This document shows positions 33,514 through 46,176 of a stretch of DNA of 64,000 nt, in pieces (position 1 is the first letter of the stretch; the number at the start of each line of letters is the position of its first letter). The position numbers were made by a program, and so were the translations under genes. The notes beneath the pieces are model-generated. The model saw only the letters and a program-made list of their open reading frames with translations. It was not told the origin of the DNA and ran no database searches. The DNA comes from Curvularia clavata (taxonomy: Eukaryota): contig CP089276.1 in the NCBI GenBank assembly GCA_023920165.1, positions 3,162,001 through 3,226,000 on the forward strand, in the 5' to 3' direction.

Positions 33514-36500
33514 ATGTTTGGCAAGCGACGACGAGCTGCCTCGAGTCCGGTAGGTCCTGCCCGTCTGCCTGTGAATGCGCGCGCCCAGACGTGTCGCGCC
33601 AATATGACCGTGGATGCTAATGCCTCCCATATAGGCCCGCCGAGTGCCACCCTCCAGCGCATCTGCCTCTGCCTCCCTGGCCGCTTCCAAAGCCTTCATC
33701 AAGAGCGCCGAATCCAATGGCGACCTCTCCTCTGCCGCTGCTGCGGCCGCCCTGCGCACTCACACGACAACACCGACGCCCGTAGGCGACACTGTCACCA
33801 AGCGCATGGCCCGACGAGGCTCGCTCTCATCTAATGGTAGTTCCTCGAGACAGCCGCCTGGTTCCCTGCAGCGGCAGTCGAGTTCAGGGTCCATGACAGA
33901 GCGCTCGTTCCGCGCACCGTCGCCAGGCAGAGGGAGCCCCCCAGAATCGAACGCACCGCCTGTCCCACCTGTCCCACCTGTGCCCGCCGACATACAGCAG
34001 CATGAGGTTGCTGGCGTGCGTCGCCGCGCGTCAAGCGTCGAGCCCATCTATCGTGGAGCCTCGCCAGGTCCCCGAGGCGGAGGCAGAGGTGTGAGCTTGG
34101 ACAGGGGCGCCAGCACGTCTCGAAGAGGAACTCAACGTCCCGCACCCCTTCTTTCCCATGTTTCTGAAGAGGACACTTCGCGATCTATAAACTTTTCACG
34201 CCCAATGTCTCCTGGCGCAGTAGGCAACAGGCAGAGCCCATCATCGCCTACTACGTCCGGATGGTTTGGCGGGCCCGTTGTCAATCAAGAAGCCATACAG
34301 CGCATGGCATCGACTTCGCGACCGAAGACATCCAGCGGGGTCCCAAATCACCATGTTCAGACCGCGCAGAGAGCGGTGCAAAATGCGGCCGAGCGACCTG
34401 TCAGTACAAAGCGCATCGCGCAAGGAGTCGAGGGCACTCGGCTGTCAAGCGGCAGCATGCGCGCGAAGCCATCTGGAACTGCTGTACAAAGCCAGACCTA
34501 TTCGCCTAGGCAAGCACCGAGACCGGTTGATCCAAACTCACCAGACGCAGTCTACGACCCATCAACGCGCACCTTTATCCACAAGCAGGATGCCATGGCC
34601 CGGCATCGAGAGTTGAATGAAATACCTGAACCCATTTCCCAACGACAGCCACAGCATGTCGAAACATTTCATTCTGTTCACATACCAGAGAATCAGAGGG
34701 GTCGTGGCTCGCCCAGCCCCATCCGCCACTACGTACGACAACAGCCAGCTCCCCAGAGAAGAGAAGAACCGCGGGCAGCTGTTCAGCGGAACCCCGATGA
34801 TTTTGCCGACGCCCATGTTCAGACACCCGAACAAGCAAATACAAGTCGGAGACTCGAGGATTCCGGCTATGGCACGATAGTCGGGAACGAAGACGACACA
34901 TCCTCGCCCATTATGGCCCAGAACCAGGAGAGCGCCTATCCCCGAATTTCAACCCCATCAGGCTCAAGGCCTACGAGCATTCGCGAAAGTCATGACCATG
35001 AACACATTGGGCGTGATGGGAGCTCGCCGTTGAATCCACCACGCACCGCTCACTTCGCGCCCGTAGCCACTGAGCTTACTGGGCTGAAGCACGAACCACT
35101 GCCGCGGTCAGTATCCCCCGCAAAGTCGGCACTGAAATCGTCCCCGTCTGTCTCACGCCGTGGTGAGTCTCCTCTCCGCTCCAACGGACTGCTCTACACC
35201 AAGGGTGCTCCAAGCGAGGCATCTGATACTGCTTCCGATGACGGAGGAAGACGGAAGAAGAAAAACGTTCGTGTCAGTTTCGAGGAGGATGTAGTGACGA
35301 GTGGTGCCTCTGCGCCTGCCCATCAGGAGCCACCCAAGTATGGAGGCCTTGGCGCATCAAAATGGAGTCCAATTGCCGAAAAGGACGATGAGTTTGAGGA
35401 CCTGAAGAAGCCACGACCCGCTCTGCCTTCATTTGGCAGCATCCGTGACAGAGAGAGACGGCCTCGAGAGGATGTGCCAGAGAAGGTTACCGAGATCGTC
35501 CCTACAAGCCCCGTCGGTGATCGGTCTGGAGTGTCCAGTGACATTGCGCTTGGCAACATCGTCTCTGAGGACCATGCTCAAAAACAAAAAGCGCCAGACG
35601 CCCCTCTTCCACCAGAGGTTACCACTGTTGAAGGCAGCGGTTATGTTTCAGACTCCAGCGACTACTCAGTCAACAACGAAGGTACAGCGCATAAAGAGGT
35701 GTCTAAAGAAACACCAGCTCCAGAACCAAAGTCACTCTCTATGTCACAGGAGGAAGCGCCAATCATGACGGCCCCAGCGACAGTACAGCAGCCTGATGTC
35801 CCCGATATCGCATTCCAGCCCGCGACACCCAGTCCGTACGAGAAGCCGGCGCCGGATTTTCCAAGTATAGCCATTCCTGGAGGATGGGACGTAGATGTCA
35901 CAGACCCCAAGGATCAAGAACCCAATCCAGTTGCGTCCACGTCTGCACCCTCTGCACACAACCCAGAGCAGTCAAGTCAGCCGCAACAGCCCAATTCACC
36001 AGCAGAAGAAACTACAGACGACGAGAGCAGTGTGTATAGCGATGCCTATGAAGATTTGTCCGACGGAGGTGGATTTGCTAGTATCGATGCTCTCATGGAG
36101 AAGCCAGTCGATCACTCTGTGTCTGGCCTTATGCACTCCAAGTATGCGGTTCAAGAAGGGACTGATGAGGCTTCAACCCCCAGGCCAGACGCCGCATACG
36201 AAAGCGACGATTCAGAGGCAACCCAAACACAGGGCTGGAATGCCGCTCAATCCCATTGGGGCAACGTGAAAAAATCTCTGGTAGTGCCCGACAAAGCCGA
36301 GACATCTCCCGAGGATTCACATGCCCAAGAGGTTGTAGACAGGGTCATCCAGGCTCCCGTTGTACAGGAATCCTCGATACCGGCAGCCTCATCGCCATCA
36401 CCGAAGCCTTTGAAATCCGCTTTAAAAAAGAGTCCAGCACCGCAGACGACCCGTCCGGTTGAAGCTCAAAATAGGGCGACGCGCGCTCCTGCGCCTAGGG

Positions 36501-38047
36501 ACAATCAACCCGAGATCCGCATGAGGAGAACTATGCGCGGAGGCCCAGACGTGGATATGCAACCTGGACCTCGGATGGGCTCAACCATGCGATCGAGTAT
36601 GCGGGGAGGGCCAGAAAATGCTCCCAGAGCACAGCCACAGATGCGACAGAGTATGCGGTCAAGCGATACAACAAACTCTAGTATGGGTCTGGCGGCGTCC
36701 CGTCACAGCATGATACCTTTGGATACCAAACCGCCTCGCGGTGCGCTTCAAAAAAGGAACATTCCACCCTCGGCAGCGGCTTCCAAGCCAAGGCCACAAA
36801 GCATGCTTGAGGCAAAACCAAAGGCTACACCAGTGCCTACCTATGACAGCGATTCCGATGCTTCTGTTAGCAGCTTCCAGCGGTCCAGAAACCGAGGGTC
36901 AAGACAACAAGGCGGACGATACACCATGCGCGCCTCAATGAGGCAAGAACCTGCACCCACTTTGCGTAACAGGGCCCCAGGCCCAAAGCAAGTTCGTGCC
37001 ATTTCACCTCCAGTGTCTCCATCACCTGCGATGCGGAAGTCCATGCGACCATCTTCACCGCCCCCAGAAGCAGTCAAGTCGTCAAGATTCAGCATCCGGT
37101 CGTTGTCCCCAATGGGAAGGTTCCGCAAAGGACCCGATGTCCGTCCTTCCTCGCCTACACAAGAAAAGCCGATGCCTTCGTTCGCGAAGCAGCCTAAGCC
37201 TGTCAAACAAAAGCCTCAGGCCGCCAAGGTGCCGTTTAAGAGTCGCTTCGCTGATTCCAGTGACGAAGACGAAGACGACCGGCCCCGGCGGTTCCAGAGC
37301 CGATTTGACGACTCGGACGACGAGCCCACAGATTACGAGTTGCCTCCAGGCTTAACTCCAGTTCGTGGCATTCCTAGGAAGCCTGGTGAAGAGGACGGCG
37401 ACTCTACAGATCTGGAGGAGGAAGTGGAGGAAGAGATACCAGAGGACGTTGCCAAGCCTGCTCCAGAGACAAATGGAGTAAATGGAACAAATGGCAATGT
37501 TAATGGACAAGGCACAGCGCTGGCCGCTGGATCCCTCCGTGACAGCAAACACGCAACGTTGCCCACATTTGAGTCTGGCAAGAGTAAAAAGAAGCGCGGT
37601 TTCTTTGGCCTAGGAAAGAAAAAGACGTCTCAATCCGAGTCCGTCCCTGTCCTATCCAACTCAACACAACCCGCCCCTACCCTCGGCGACATCCCTATGC
37701 CACCCGCACAACGCAACCGTGACAAGAGCGCCCCCATGACACCCATCGACGAAGACAAGGAATTCGGCGATGGCGCAACTCCCTCCAAGCGCTCACCCAA
37801 GCTCCAACGTCGTTCAACCCCCGATTGGCCTCTTCCGCCTCCTCCAGCCATTGGAACCGACAACCGTCCCATGAGCTCAGATGGCGTCGCGCCTCGACGC
37901 CCACGCTTCACTACACGCCAGCCCAGCGCTATTTCTAACGTCTCCGAGCCGGTTGTCGGTGCCCAAGGCCATACTGTCTCGTATGGTAGGAATGGCAAGA
38001 AGAAGAAATTCCAGGGCCTGAGAAAGGTCTTTGGGTTGAATGATTGA
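33514..38047 (+). CDS. Large disordered Ser/Pro/Arg-rich protein, Seg1/Sle1-like eisosome scaffold candidate, 2 exons, 1482 aa
   Basis: ATG 33514 (MFGKRRRAASSP); intron 33550-33634 (GTAGGT…GCTAAT…TAG) joins it in frame to the 33644 ORF. The basic N-terminus, Ala-rich helix and polybasic C-terminus KKKKFQGLRKVFGLND resemble yeast Seg1. Family call is by recollection only. Confidence 0.7.
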
Positions 38048-38714
38048 GGGGATTAAATATGAGGTGCTGTGGCGACTTTTTATCGTAATACGTGATATTT
38101 ACGCAGTATAAGATTCTTGGATGGTTTATCTTATTTTCTTTCGATGTTTATGAGTACATTTTATTCAAAGGTGGACTGCGTTTTTTTTCTTCTCAGGGTA
38201 ACAGCGAGGATACAATGATACCAGTTTCTTTTTCTTTCCTATTTTGCAATGGTTCTATGGACTCTACTACCGGGGTGCAAAGTCACTCGCTCTGTTTCTC
38301 CTTTTCTGAGCTTGCGTCAAGAGTTGGGGCGTGGCTTGGAGCCGCGCTGTGAAGAAAGAAGGGCGGGAAGACTTGGGATGAGAAGGTAGAGAAATGTGGA
38401 TGGGAGCTGTGAGTAGGGATAATTTGTAATGCGAACGACGGATATGACCTGACTGTTGTTTAAGCTTTTGTGGATATCTGTGACGCCTGTTACGTTCGTC
38501 TCTTCAACGACATATATTTAAGTTGCGGAAGTGATGAGTAGTACGTCAATTCATCCCTTGCAAAGGTTTAAAACTTGTATTCAACTAAGCCGTGCTGACA
38601 CTCATCCACAAGTTCAACTTTGCAAGCTATGTTCCAATGTCATGAACATGTCATTATCCGCATTCAAAAAAAAAGAGGGCAAGGAATCTCCAAGCAATCT
38701 ACTTCCCCCTAAGA

Positions 38715-40057
38715 CTAATACTTCGGCTTGAACATCAACGTACTCATCTGCTTCCCAATATCCCCCTCGACCCCCCACAACTTATACAACCACTTCATAA
38801 TGACAAAGAAGCTCTCGGGCTCCCCCATATGCTTCGTGTCCTTGACAAACCTTGCCTCCTTGGGCTCTCCATGCTGCAGCGCAAGGTAATAATCATCAAT
38901 TGGGAAAATCTCATCTTCCGTTCCATTCACCAGCAGCAATCTCGCACACTGCTTTCCATCAAGGGTCCCGTCTTTGAGCAGCGAAAAGCGATCGCTGGCC
39001 TCTGCTTTGAAGCGCTCGACATCATTGCCGTAGCCGAATTTATAAGCCAGAGTATTGGCCAGGTCAAAGGGGTACTCGAGATGGTTTACCGAAGACAGCC
39101 ACGCAGGGTCGAACATGTGGTGGCATCCGCCGCCGAGGGCGACGACGCCGGCGAGACGAGAAGCGTGTGTGTGCGCGACGCGGATGGCATAGTAGCCGCC
39201 TGTGCTGAAGGCCCAGATGGCGGTTTTCTGGGCGTCAAGGAGAGGCTGCGAGGCCACCCAATCTAGCAGAGAGGAGTACAGGCGGTCTGGCGATGTAGGG
39301 TCCGAAGGCGAGGCGGGACAGTCGCCTGTACCGGGGATCTCGAGCACGAGCGAGGCTACGCCGATGCGGCGGAAGCCTTCCATCCACACGGCGAGTTCGG
39401 TGCGGTAGCCGTCGAGGCCGGTGAAGATGATGAGGAGGGGGACAGGCGAGGAAGGCGACGCACTGTCGGGAACGAGGTGGTAGACGGGGATTTCTTTGCC
39501 TTCAGACGCCAGGCCGTGGACGTGGGGAATGCGTACTTCGTGCACGGGGTGCTCGCGCATGCCTAGACCCTTGATACAGACTTCCTTCCCGCGAGCCCAG
39601 GCTTCACGCTGGACGTCGCTGCGTGGTGCGGGGAAGCGCGCGATGCGGTATACAGCGCTGGAGCGGAGGTAGTACTCCGAGGCTTTTTCTTTCTCGCCAT
39701 TGGCTTCGGCTTCACGGGCAATGGACGCGAGTTTCTCGGCCTGTGGGAAAAATATCCGGGCGTAGGCGTCCCAATCATAGGGTTCTCGCATGTTGTGTTT
39801 TTTCATTTCGGCCACGATGGGCTCGAAGTCGGACGCGGTGCCGAACATGAAGGGGTATACGCCCATTTCTGCCTGGTTGGGAGATATACTTAGTAGATAT
39901 TCTTATTCCCTGGCTATATATTGTAGAGAAATAGGGGATCTTTGTTGCATACTGGTTTCTTCCACTTTGTCTCCCATAGCTGCTCGAACGACTCGTGGTG
40001 TTTTGCTGGAATATCCAGCTTATCCTGGATAAAATATTTGCTTCCCGGTGCCGCCAT
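38715..40057 (-). CDS. ayg1: Ayg1/YG-1-like alpha/beta hydrolase (polyketide-shortening family), 2 exons, 420 aa
   Basis: Exon 1 39953-40057 and intron 39873-39952 give HHESFEQLWETKWKKPAEMGVYPF; YRIARFP, TGLDGYRT, EIPGTGD, WAFSTGGYYA, DEIFPIDD, HMGEP. May be a paralogue rather than the melanin orthologue. Confidence 0.85.
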
Positions 40058-40744
40058 GTTGTTCAAATAATATCTCTTTTACTGTTCTCGCAGGACCTGC
40101 CGCTCTCTCTTGATAAACGATTAAGAAAAGTGCTGGTATCGTGCAGTCCGTGGTCAATGAATTGTACTTGTATGTTAACTTAGTAGTAATTCAGGCAGAC
40201 ATCAATTTGTTAGTAAAACGAGCAAACAGGAAAAAGATGCATCGAGGATCCTATATTAAGCATAACCCCTCCTTCGGCGTTACATTGTTCATTCTCGCCT
40301 GTCTCCAACGCCGTTTGCCGACATGCTGTGTGTCGTGTCGTAAACTGTTCGGTCCATAGATGCGCGCGGGCCGCCCCTCCCTCGGACGTTTGATAGTGAC
40401 AGCTCGCGGGCGGGGAGCCGGCAGTCGGCCGAACGCGTCCAAGTTAAGCCCGAAACGCGATAAAATGACCACTCACGCAAGAATGTAGCTAATGGTCCCT
40501 TGAAACAAAGAGAGATTTTTGGTATTGTCAGTGTTTAGGATATCGAAGTTGATCAAACAATGAGGACGCCACACCAGACACAAAAGTGCTGTGCTGCGCA
40601 ATAGTTCAAGGTACTCAAACAGCTAGAACATTCAATCGTGTCTCATTTAAATCTCATCTAAATTGCCATAGCCGATTGTGTAGGCCAGGCCATCTTACCA
40701 TTCCAGTTTTCCTGCCCTTCATACGCCGCAAATGCTATACAAAT

Positions 40745-42819
40745 TTATTTGTGTGCTGCCGACTGTTAGTACAGGTTGTTGACCCATCGTGGTGCTCACT
40801 TACGAATACCTTCGACAGGCTTGCCGGTACCATCAGAAACCTCGGCTGCCGTCTTCTTCTCCTCGACAATGTCCTTCATGAATGGGAAGGTGAGGACCTC
40901 TTTGATGCTGTAGTGATCCGTCAAGAACATGACCAGACGGTCGATTCCCATGCCCCATCCACCGGTGGGTGGCAGACCGTACTCAAGCGCCTGACAGAAG
41001 GTCTCATCGATAAGCTGTGCCTCGTCGTCACCGGCCGCCTTCTGATTTGCTTGCTCTGCCTACAAGTTTGTTAGTGATTGTCCGTCTTGAGAGTTCTCGT
41101 GACTCTGGCAAATAATATTTGTGGAAATTGAATCAACTTACAAAACGTTCACGCTGCACCTCTGACATGTTCAACTCGGTGTATGCATTGGCAATCTCCT
41201 TCTTGCAGACAAAGGCCTCGAAACGCTCACAAAGACCGGGGATATCTCTGTGCGTCTTGGCAAGAGGTGACATGACTTCGGGGTGGCCGATGATGAAGGT
41301 TGGGTTCACAGCAGTCTCCTCGATGAACTCGCCAACGAGCTTGTCAATCATTCTTGAGTTGGTACGGGGCTCTGTGCACTCGACGTTAACCTTCTTGAGT
41401 ACCCTCTTAAGGAACTCGTTCGTCTCAGCAGTGTGCAGTTCGGTCGCTGGTGGGAACTTCTCTCCAGTAGCCTCCTCAAGGGCAGGGATCATGTCGACGC
41501 GCCTCCATGGCCTTGCCCAGTTGACATTGTAGACCTCACCAGTCTGGGTGTGGTAGACCGTCTCGTAGCTGCCAGTGACCTCCTTGACCATCTCGCTGAC
41601 CAGCTCCTCAGTCATGTCCATGAGGTCGTGGTAGTCTGCGTATGCCATATAGAACTCGCAAGTGGTGAACTCGGGGTTGTGGGTAAGGTCAATGCCCTCG
41701 TTTCTGAATTGACGACCAATTTCGTATACCCTCTCCAGTCCTCCAACGACCAACTCCTTGAGGTACAGCTCGGGTGCAATACGCATGTACAGCTCCATGT
41801 CGAGCTCGTTGTGGTACGTCTTGAAGGGTCGTGCAGTAGCGCCTCCGGCAATCTTGTTCATCATGGGTGTCTGAACCTCCAAGAAGTCTCGCTCGTCAAG
41901 GTACCTACGAACAGCCTTGATGATCTTGGTGCGTGCAATGAAGGTGTTCCGTGTCGAGTCGTTCATGATAAGATCAAGGTATCGGTTGCGGTGGCGTTGT
42001 TCCTGATCCTTGTAGCCGCTGTCGCAATGTCAGTGCAGTCCGGTATCAGACTTAGAATTGATACTTACAAGTGCTCTGTTGGCAACATCCTGAGGCAGGG
42101 TGTGAGGAGGATGACTTCGCGTGCGAAGATACTCAGCTCACCCTCGCCGCCCTTCTTGGGGCTTGTGCGGCCAGGGAAACCAATGACACCAATGATGTCT
42201 CCACGTTGAATATTCTCATGCTGCTTCTCAAAGGGCACATCGGCCTTGGATTCTTGCAATTGGCACATAACCTGGATAGTGATACCCTCTGCCTTGCCTG
42301 TGTACTGTTAGGATGCGCAACAATGACTTGTCGCATGTACGTACAAACGTAGAAGTGCAGGGAACTGGAAGCCGATCGCTTGGTCATGACACGGAGACCC
42401 ATGCGGATCTCCTTCTCGGGCTCTGTCTCGCCCTTCTTGAGGTGTCCATAGTCGCGTACGTAGTCGGCGATCCTGTAGTTGGTGTGGAACTTGTGCGGGT
42501 AAGGATTGGGGTCCTGGGAGGCCTGTAGGGCGGCAATCTTCTTGGATCGGATCTCGAAGTATTGCTGAATGGCGTTAACACAAAATAATTTATCATATCA
42601 TGGGAAAATACACACATTAGGGTTCAATTCCTCAGCATCCTCCTTCTTGGGTCTGGCGGGGAGCGATGCCTCCTTCTCCTTCTTCTTCTCGTCCTTTTCG
42701 CGCTGCTTTTGGCGGCGCTTCAGTTCACTCTTGGAGATCTTCTCGCCAGTAACGGGATCTGTGTGCAATTCCTTGGTCTCGGCAGCCGGCGGCTGAGTTG
42801 CGGGTTGTTGGTCGGCCAT
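40745..42819 (-). CDS. KRS1: Cytosolic lysyl-tRNA synthetase (class II), 6 exons, 598 aa
   Basis: Introns 42565-42615, 42298-42344, 42019-42068, 41060-41141, 40756-40803; [56 protein letters not shown]. The last exon is 11 nt (…GIPHK*). Confidence 0.97.
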
Positions 42820-42892
42820 TGTTGCGATTGTGGGCGGGAGACGTCTTGCTCGTGTGGGCTGCGCGTTTAGATATATGCCCCGCCGAACTTTT

Positions 42893-42899
42893 TGACTCA
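42893..42899. promoter_or_regulatory. TGACTCA Gcn4/CpcA element upstream of KRS1
   Basis: Perfect TGACTCA about 75 nt upstream of the KRS1 ATG. Aminoacyl-tRNA synthetase genes are established general-control targets. Confidence 0.65.
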
Positions 42900-45505
42900 C
42901 CCCGCCATCGGCGGCAGCGGTGGGAACAAAGTTTTTCCGACCGGTTCAGAACATCGCGGACAGTCATACAGACTTCAACCGTCAATAGCCTTTGGAAATT
43001 TATTGATATTCTTACTGCTGCTAGTACTTTGAATCCTTTCAAACGTAATGGCCTCGTCTGATTTGCCATCCATGCCTCAGGAGGATTGCAGCATCACAGT
43101 CATTGCAAAATGGATGGGTACCAAGGTGATGATTCACAAGAACTCATGAGATTCAATATAATATGCATATACACAACTGGAAGGTGGCCCAATTCACCAG
43201 GGTGCGATGAGACTGCAATGAGAAAGTGCGTAAATACTGCTGAATTTGAACAGACATTGCGCAGTACACAGACGTGCTACCATCTATCGCATACATTGCG
43301 TAGGGTCCGCTTGGAAGCCGAGCGGGAAGCCCCTATCAAATGCAACTGGTTCACATTATAGGGTCGGCATGAGACCCCGAGGAATATTTATGTCTATGGA
43401 TGTCGGACCCCAAGGACCCCCCGCAAAGTTGGCATGAAAATACAAAGATTGGCAGCATGGGGTCTCTGCTGCACAAGTCATGCCTTGGGCGGGGGCGGGA
43501 CGGCGACTGGGAACTGGTAATCTCCAGACCCTGTCCATCATCGAGCTGCGTGATCAGAGGCGTCGCGTCCTGGTCAGCTGGAAAACGTGTGCGTGCATTG
43601 GGCGTTGACCAGATTGAGACCCAGGCCCGACATGGTCTTCGGAACGGGGCATAGCGCTTTGTGCCCTAACAATTGTTTTGCAACCCAACAACGCATGCGC
43701 AACTGTTTCCTGGGCAATTGAGTTGACCGTGTCCCGTGTTTTTTGCTAGATGGTTTGCAACGACTCCTGAGATTGCCATTTTTAGGCCATGGCTAGATTG
43801 ACAGCCGCTGTGAGTGCGGCTAAGGCTGGCGCGGGAGCTCTGAGACATGACAGGCGTCAGATGTGAGCAGCTTGGGCGTTATGAGTGGCAAAAAGTAACG
43901 TCTGGTGGGCCGTGCTGATACATCAAATGGTCGCAGGGGCTTGGGTACCGTTGTTCAGTCCTCGGAGTTGTTGCTTGTTCTTCAACCTACCAAGTGAGGC
44001 GGGCTGGGTCAGGTGACTGCGCGGGCAGCCCAGATACTACTAGGTAAGGTGGATGCGGAGAGATCTACAGGCGGTGGAAGCTAAGGCAGGTACGGCAACG
44101 GAAAACCACGAGCAAATTGTTCCTGCATTGTCTGCTTTGGAGCGAGAGGCTAGTGGAGACAACAAGGCCAGGGCCGCAGATGTGGCCGCGTCCAACGTCG
44201 TCTCTGGTTATTGGGGGTAGGGATTATTTTTTTCTATAGTGAAGCATGGCTAGCTGGCCTTGATGTATCATGATGGTTTTTTCTCATGACATCGTCATTC
44301 AAGTGATCCATGAGCGTCATGGCTACACTTCTGATTCTGGGCCACGGCTTTGGCGGATCCATTTTGCATGTCAAATATCGAACGGCATCGGGGGCCGCCA
44401 GTGGGGAACCAATGGCCAGAGGCGCCAGCAGACGTCACATGGATGGCTTGCGCGTGGATACTACGTCTCTATCTTTTGCAAAGAAAAATGACGCGCCTCC
44501 AACGTCATGTACCGTGTGCATATAATGGTAGTCTGCAGGGCAAACGTAACCAGGGTGGACTTGGATCGCGGGCAGACGCGCCATCGGGGTGCGGAAGCAT
44601 CGCGATGACGATGGAGTTTGGATACCCGTCATAGGGTCAGAGAAGAAAACCGAAACAGGGAGATGGGTCAGGCCGAGGGTGCCGCGAGACTGACGCGAAA
44701 CATCTAGAAGACCCTTTTTTGGGAGGGCAGAGGAGTCAGGGATGGGCGCGGGGGTTGAGGATATCAAAACAACCGTGAGAGCAGCGAGGCTGCAGTATTG
44801 GTGGAGGAGGTGGAGTATTGGTGGTGGGAATAAGCACTGTGTCTCACGAGTCGCAAAAGCTATCGATAGCGCGATAGGCGTCGAGGGGAAGCTGCAAAGG
44901 CAATCATGATGCGGAGAGGCCAGGGGCGAACGGACCGTCAGGAACGACGAACAGACCGAGGAGAGCCCCTATTCCACGGGCAGCTAGGGCATGAGGATGC
45001 TAAGATTGGCCTCATTTGCTGCGATAGTGCGATTGGGGGGGATGCTAGCGGCGAGCCGACGCCGTGGCTGTGGTTGGGGGACGGGTGGTGGTGATGGTGG
45101 TGGCGTGGCGAGTATGTATTGTTTTGGTTGTGCATTGTTGATCAACAAATAACAGTAAACACACAAACACAACAGCAGCGCAGCAGCACGCATACGCACG
45201 CACACAGGCACACACGCCCACCCGCCCGCAGGCTGGCCCGTTGGACGTGGCGAAACCACGGGTCCACCGCAGCGCATCGCACCAGAGGGCGCGCGCGGGT
45301 ATGCAGCGCTGCGGGCGGGCAGGGCAGGGCGTGTGGTTGCGCGATGCGATGATGCGATGGGCATGCTTCAGCGTGGCCCTGGTGGGCGCGCATCCATTGG
45401 CAGCAGTGGCAGCCGAAACCAACGGTTTGCTGCAGGGAAGGCCGTCGTCGGGTGGGTGAGGCGCGCACGGGCCCGCGCCTTCCTGCCACACGCTGCAAAA
45501 GACAG

Positions 45506-45517
45506 CGCGAAACGCGT
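45506..45517 (+). promoter_or_regulatory. Overlapping SCB (CGCGAAA) and MCB (ACGCGT) G1/S elements upstream of wee1
   Basis: CGCGAAACGCGT; a second ACGCGAAA at 44693-44700. Yeast SWE1 and fission-yeast mik1 are G1/S-regulated genes. Confidence 0.45.
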
Positions 45518-46149
45518 GCGCCTTCTCCCATATACATCCCCCATCCCATCCCATGCCCGATCGCTCTTGCCGCCAAAAGGGTCCCTCTGTCGCGCTCCAC
45601 CACTGCCTCCGCCCGTCTGCTACTGCGCCCTCGTCCTGTGTCGCGCCTGCCCTCTGCTCGCGACTGCCATTGCGCCTGCCCGCCTAGTCGACACCAACAC
45701 GCGCCCGCTCCGCCTCGCCTTGCTCCACCACGACACGCAGCGAATCGCCCACGAACACGCACACAGCTACCATCCTTTCCCCCCACCCTCTTTGCATCAT
45801 CACCACCAGGCCTTGCATGGAGTTCCTGACCACGTCGCCCACTGTCTCTTGAAGTGGAATCACGGCACCGCGCCGCCAAGCTCGCTCCCCCCCATCGACG
45901 ACGCCATCGCACCTCGTCGCCAACACGCTGCACAAACATATCGCCCCCCGCGCCCGCGTCCCAGCATTCGCCGCCAGCCTGTTCAGCTTCCTCGCCATCG
46001 ACTGCTGACCAGCTCCATCCTCATGTGTGTCGCGCCTGCCTAGAACACGCCGACACCAGTCATCCACAGGCAGCCATAACAACAACAACAAAACACCCGG
46101 ACCCTTCATCGGCAACCCGTGCCCCTCCCCCAACCCGGCTCGCTCCCGA

Positions 46150-46176
46150 CATCACCACCACCACCACCACCACCAC
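46150..46176 (+). repeat. CAT(CAC)8 microsatellite in the wee1 leader
   Basis: Direct reading of the sequence. Confidence 0.9.

Noticed and set aside
18348..40057. SDR, epoxide hydrolase and Ayg1 as a secondary-metabolite cluster
   Set aside because: No PKS, NRPS or terpene backbone gene, transporter or cluster regulator; the genes are interspersed with unrelated cell-wall and housekeeping genes.
42820..42900. GTG-initiated Arg-rich in-frame extension of KRS1 as a mitochondrial presequence
   Set aside because: It overlaps the TGACTCA promoter element and is probably upstream of or at the TSS; ascomycetes generally encode a separate mitochondrial LysRS.
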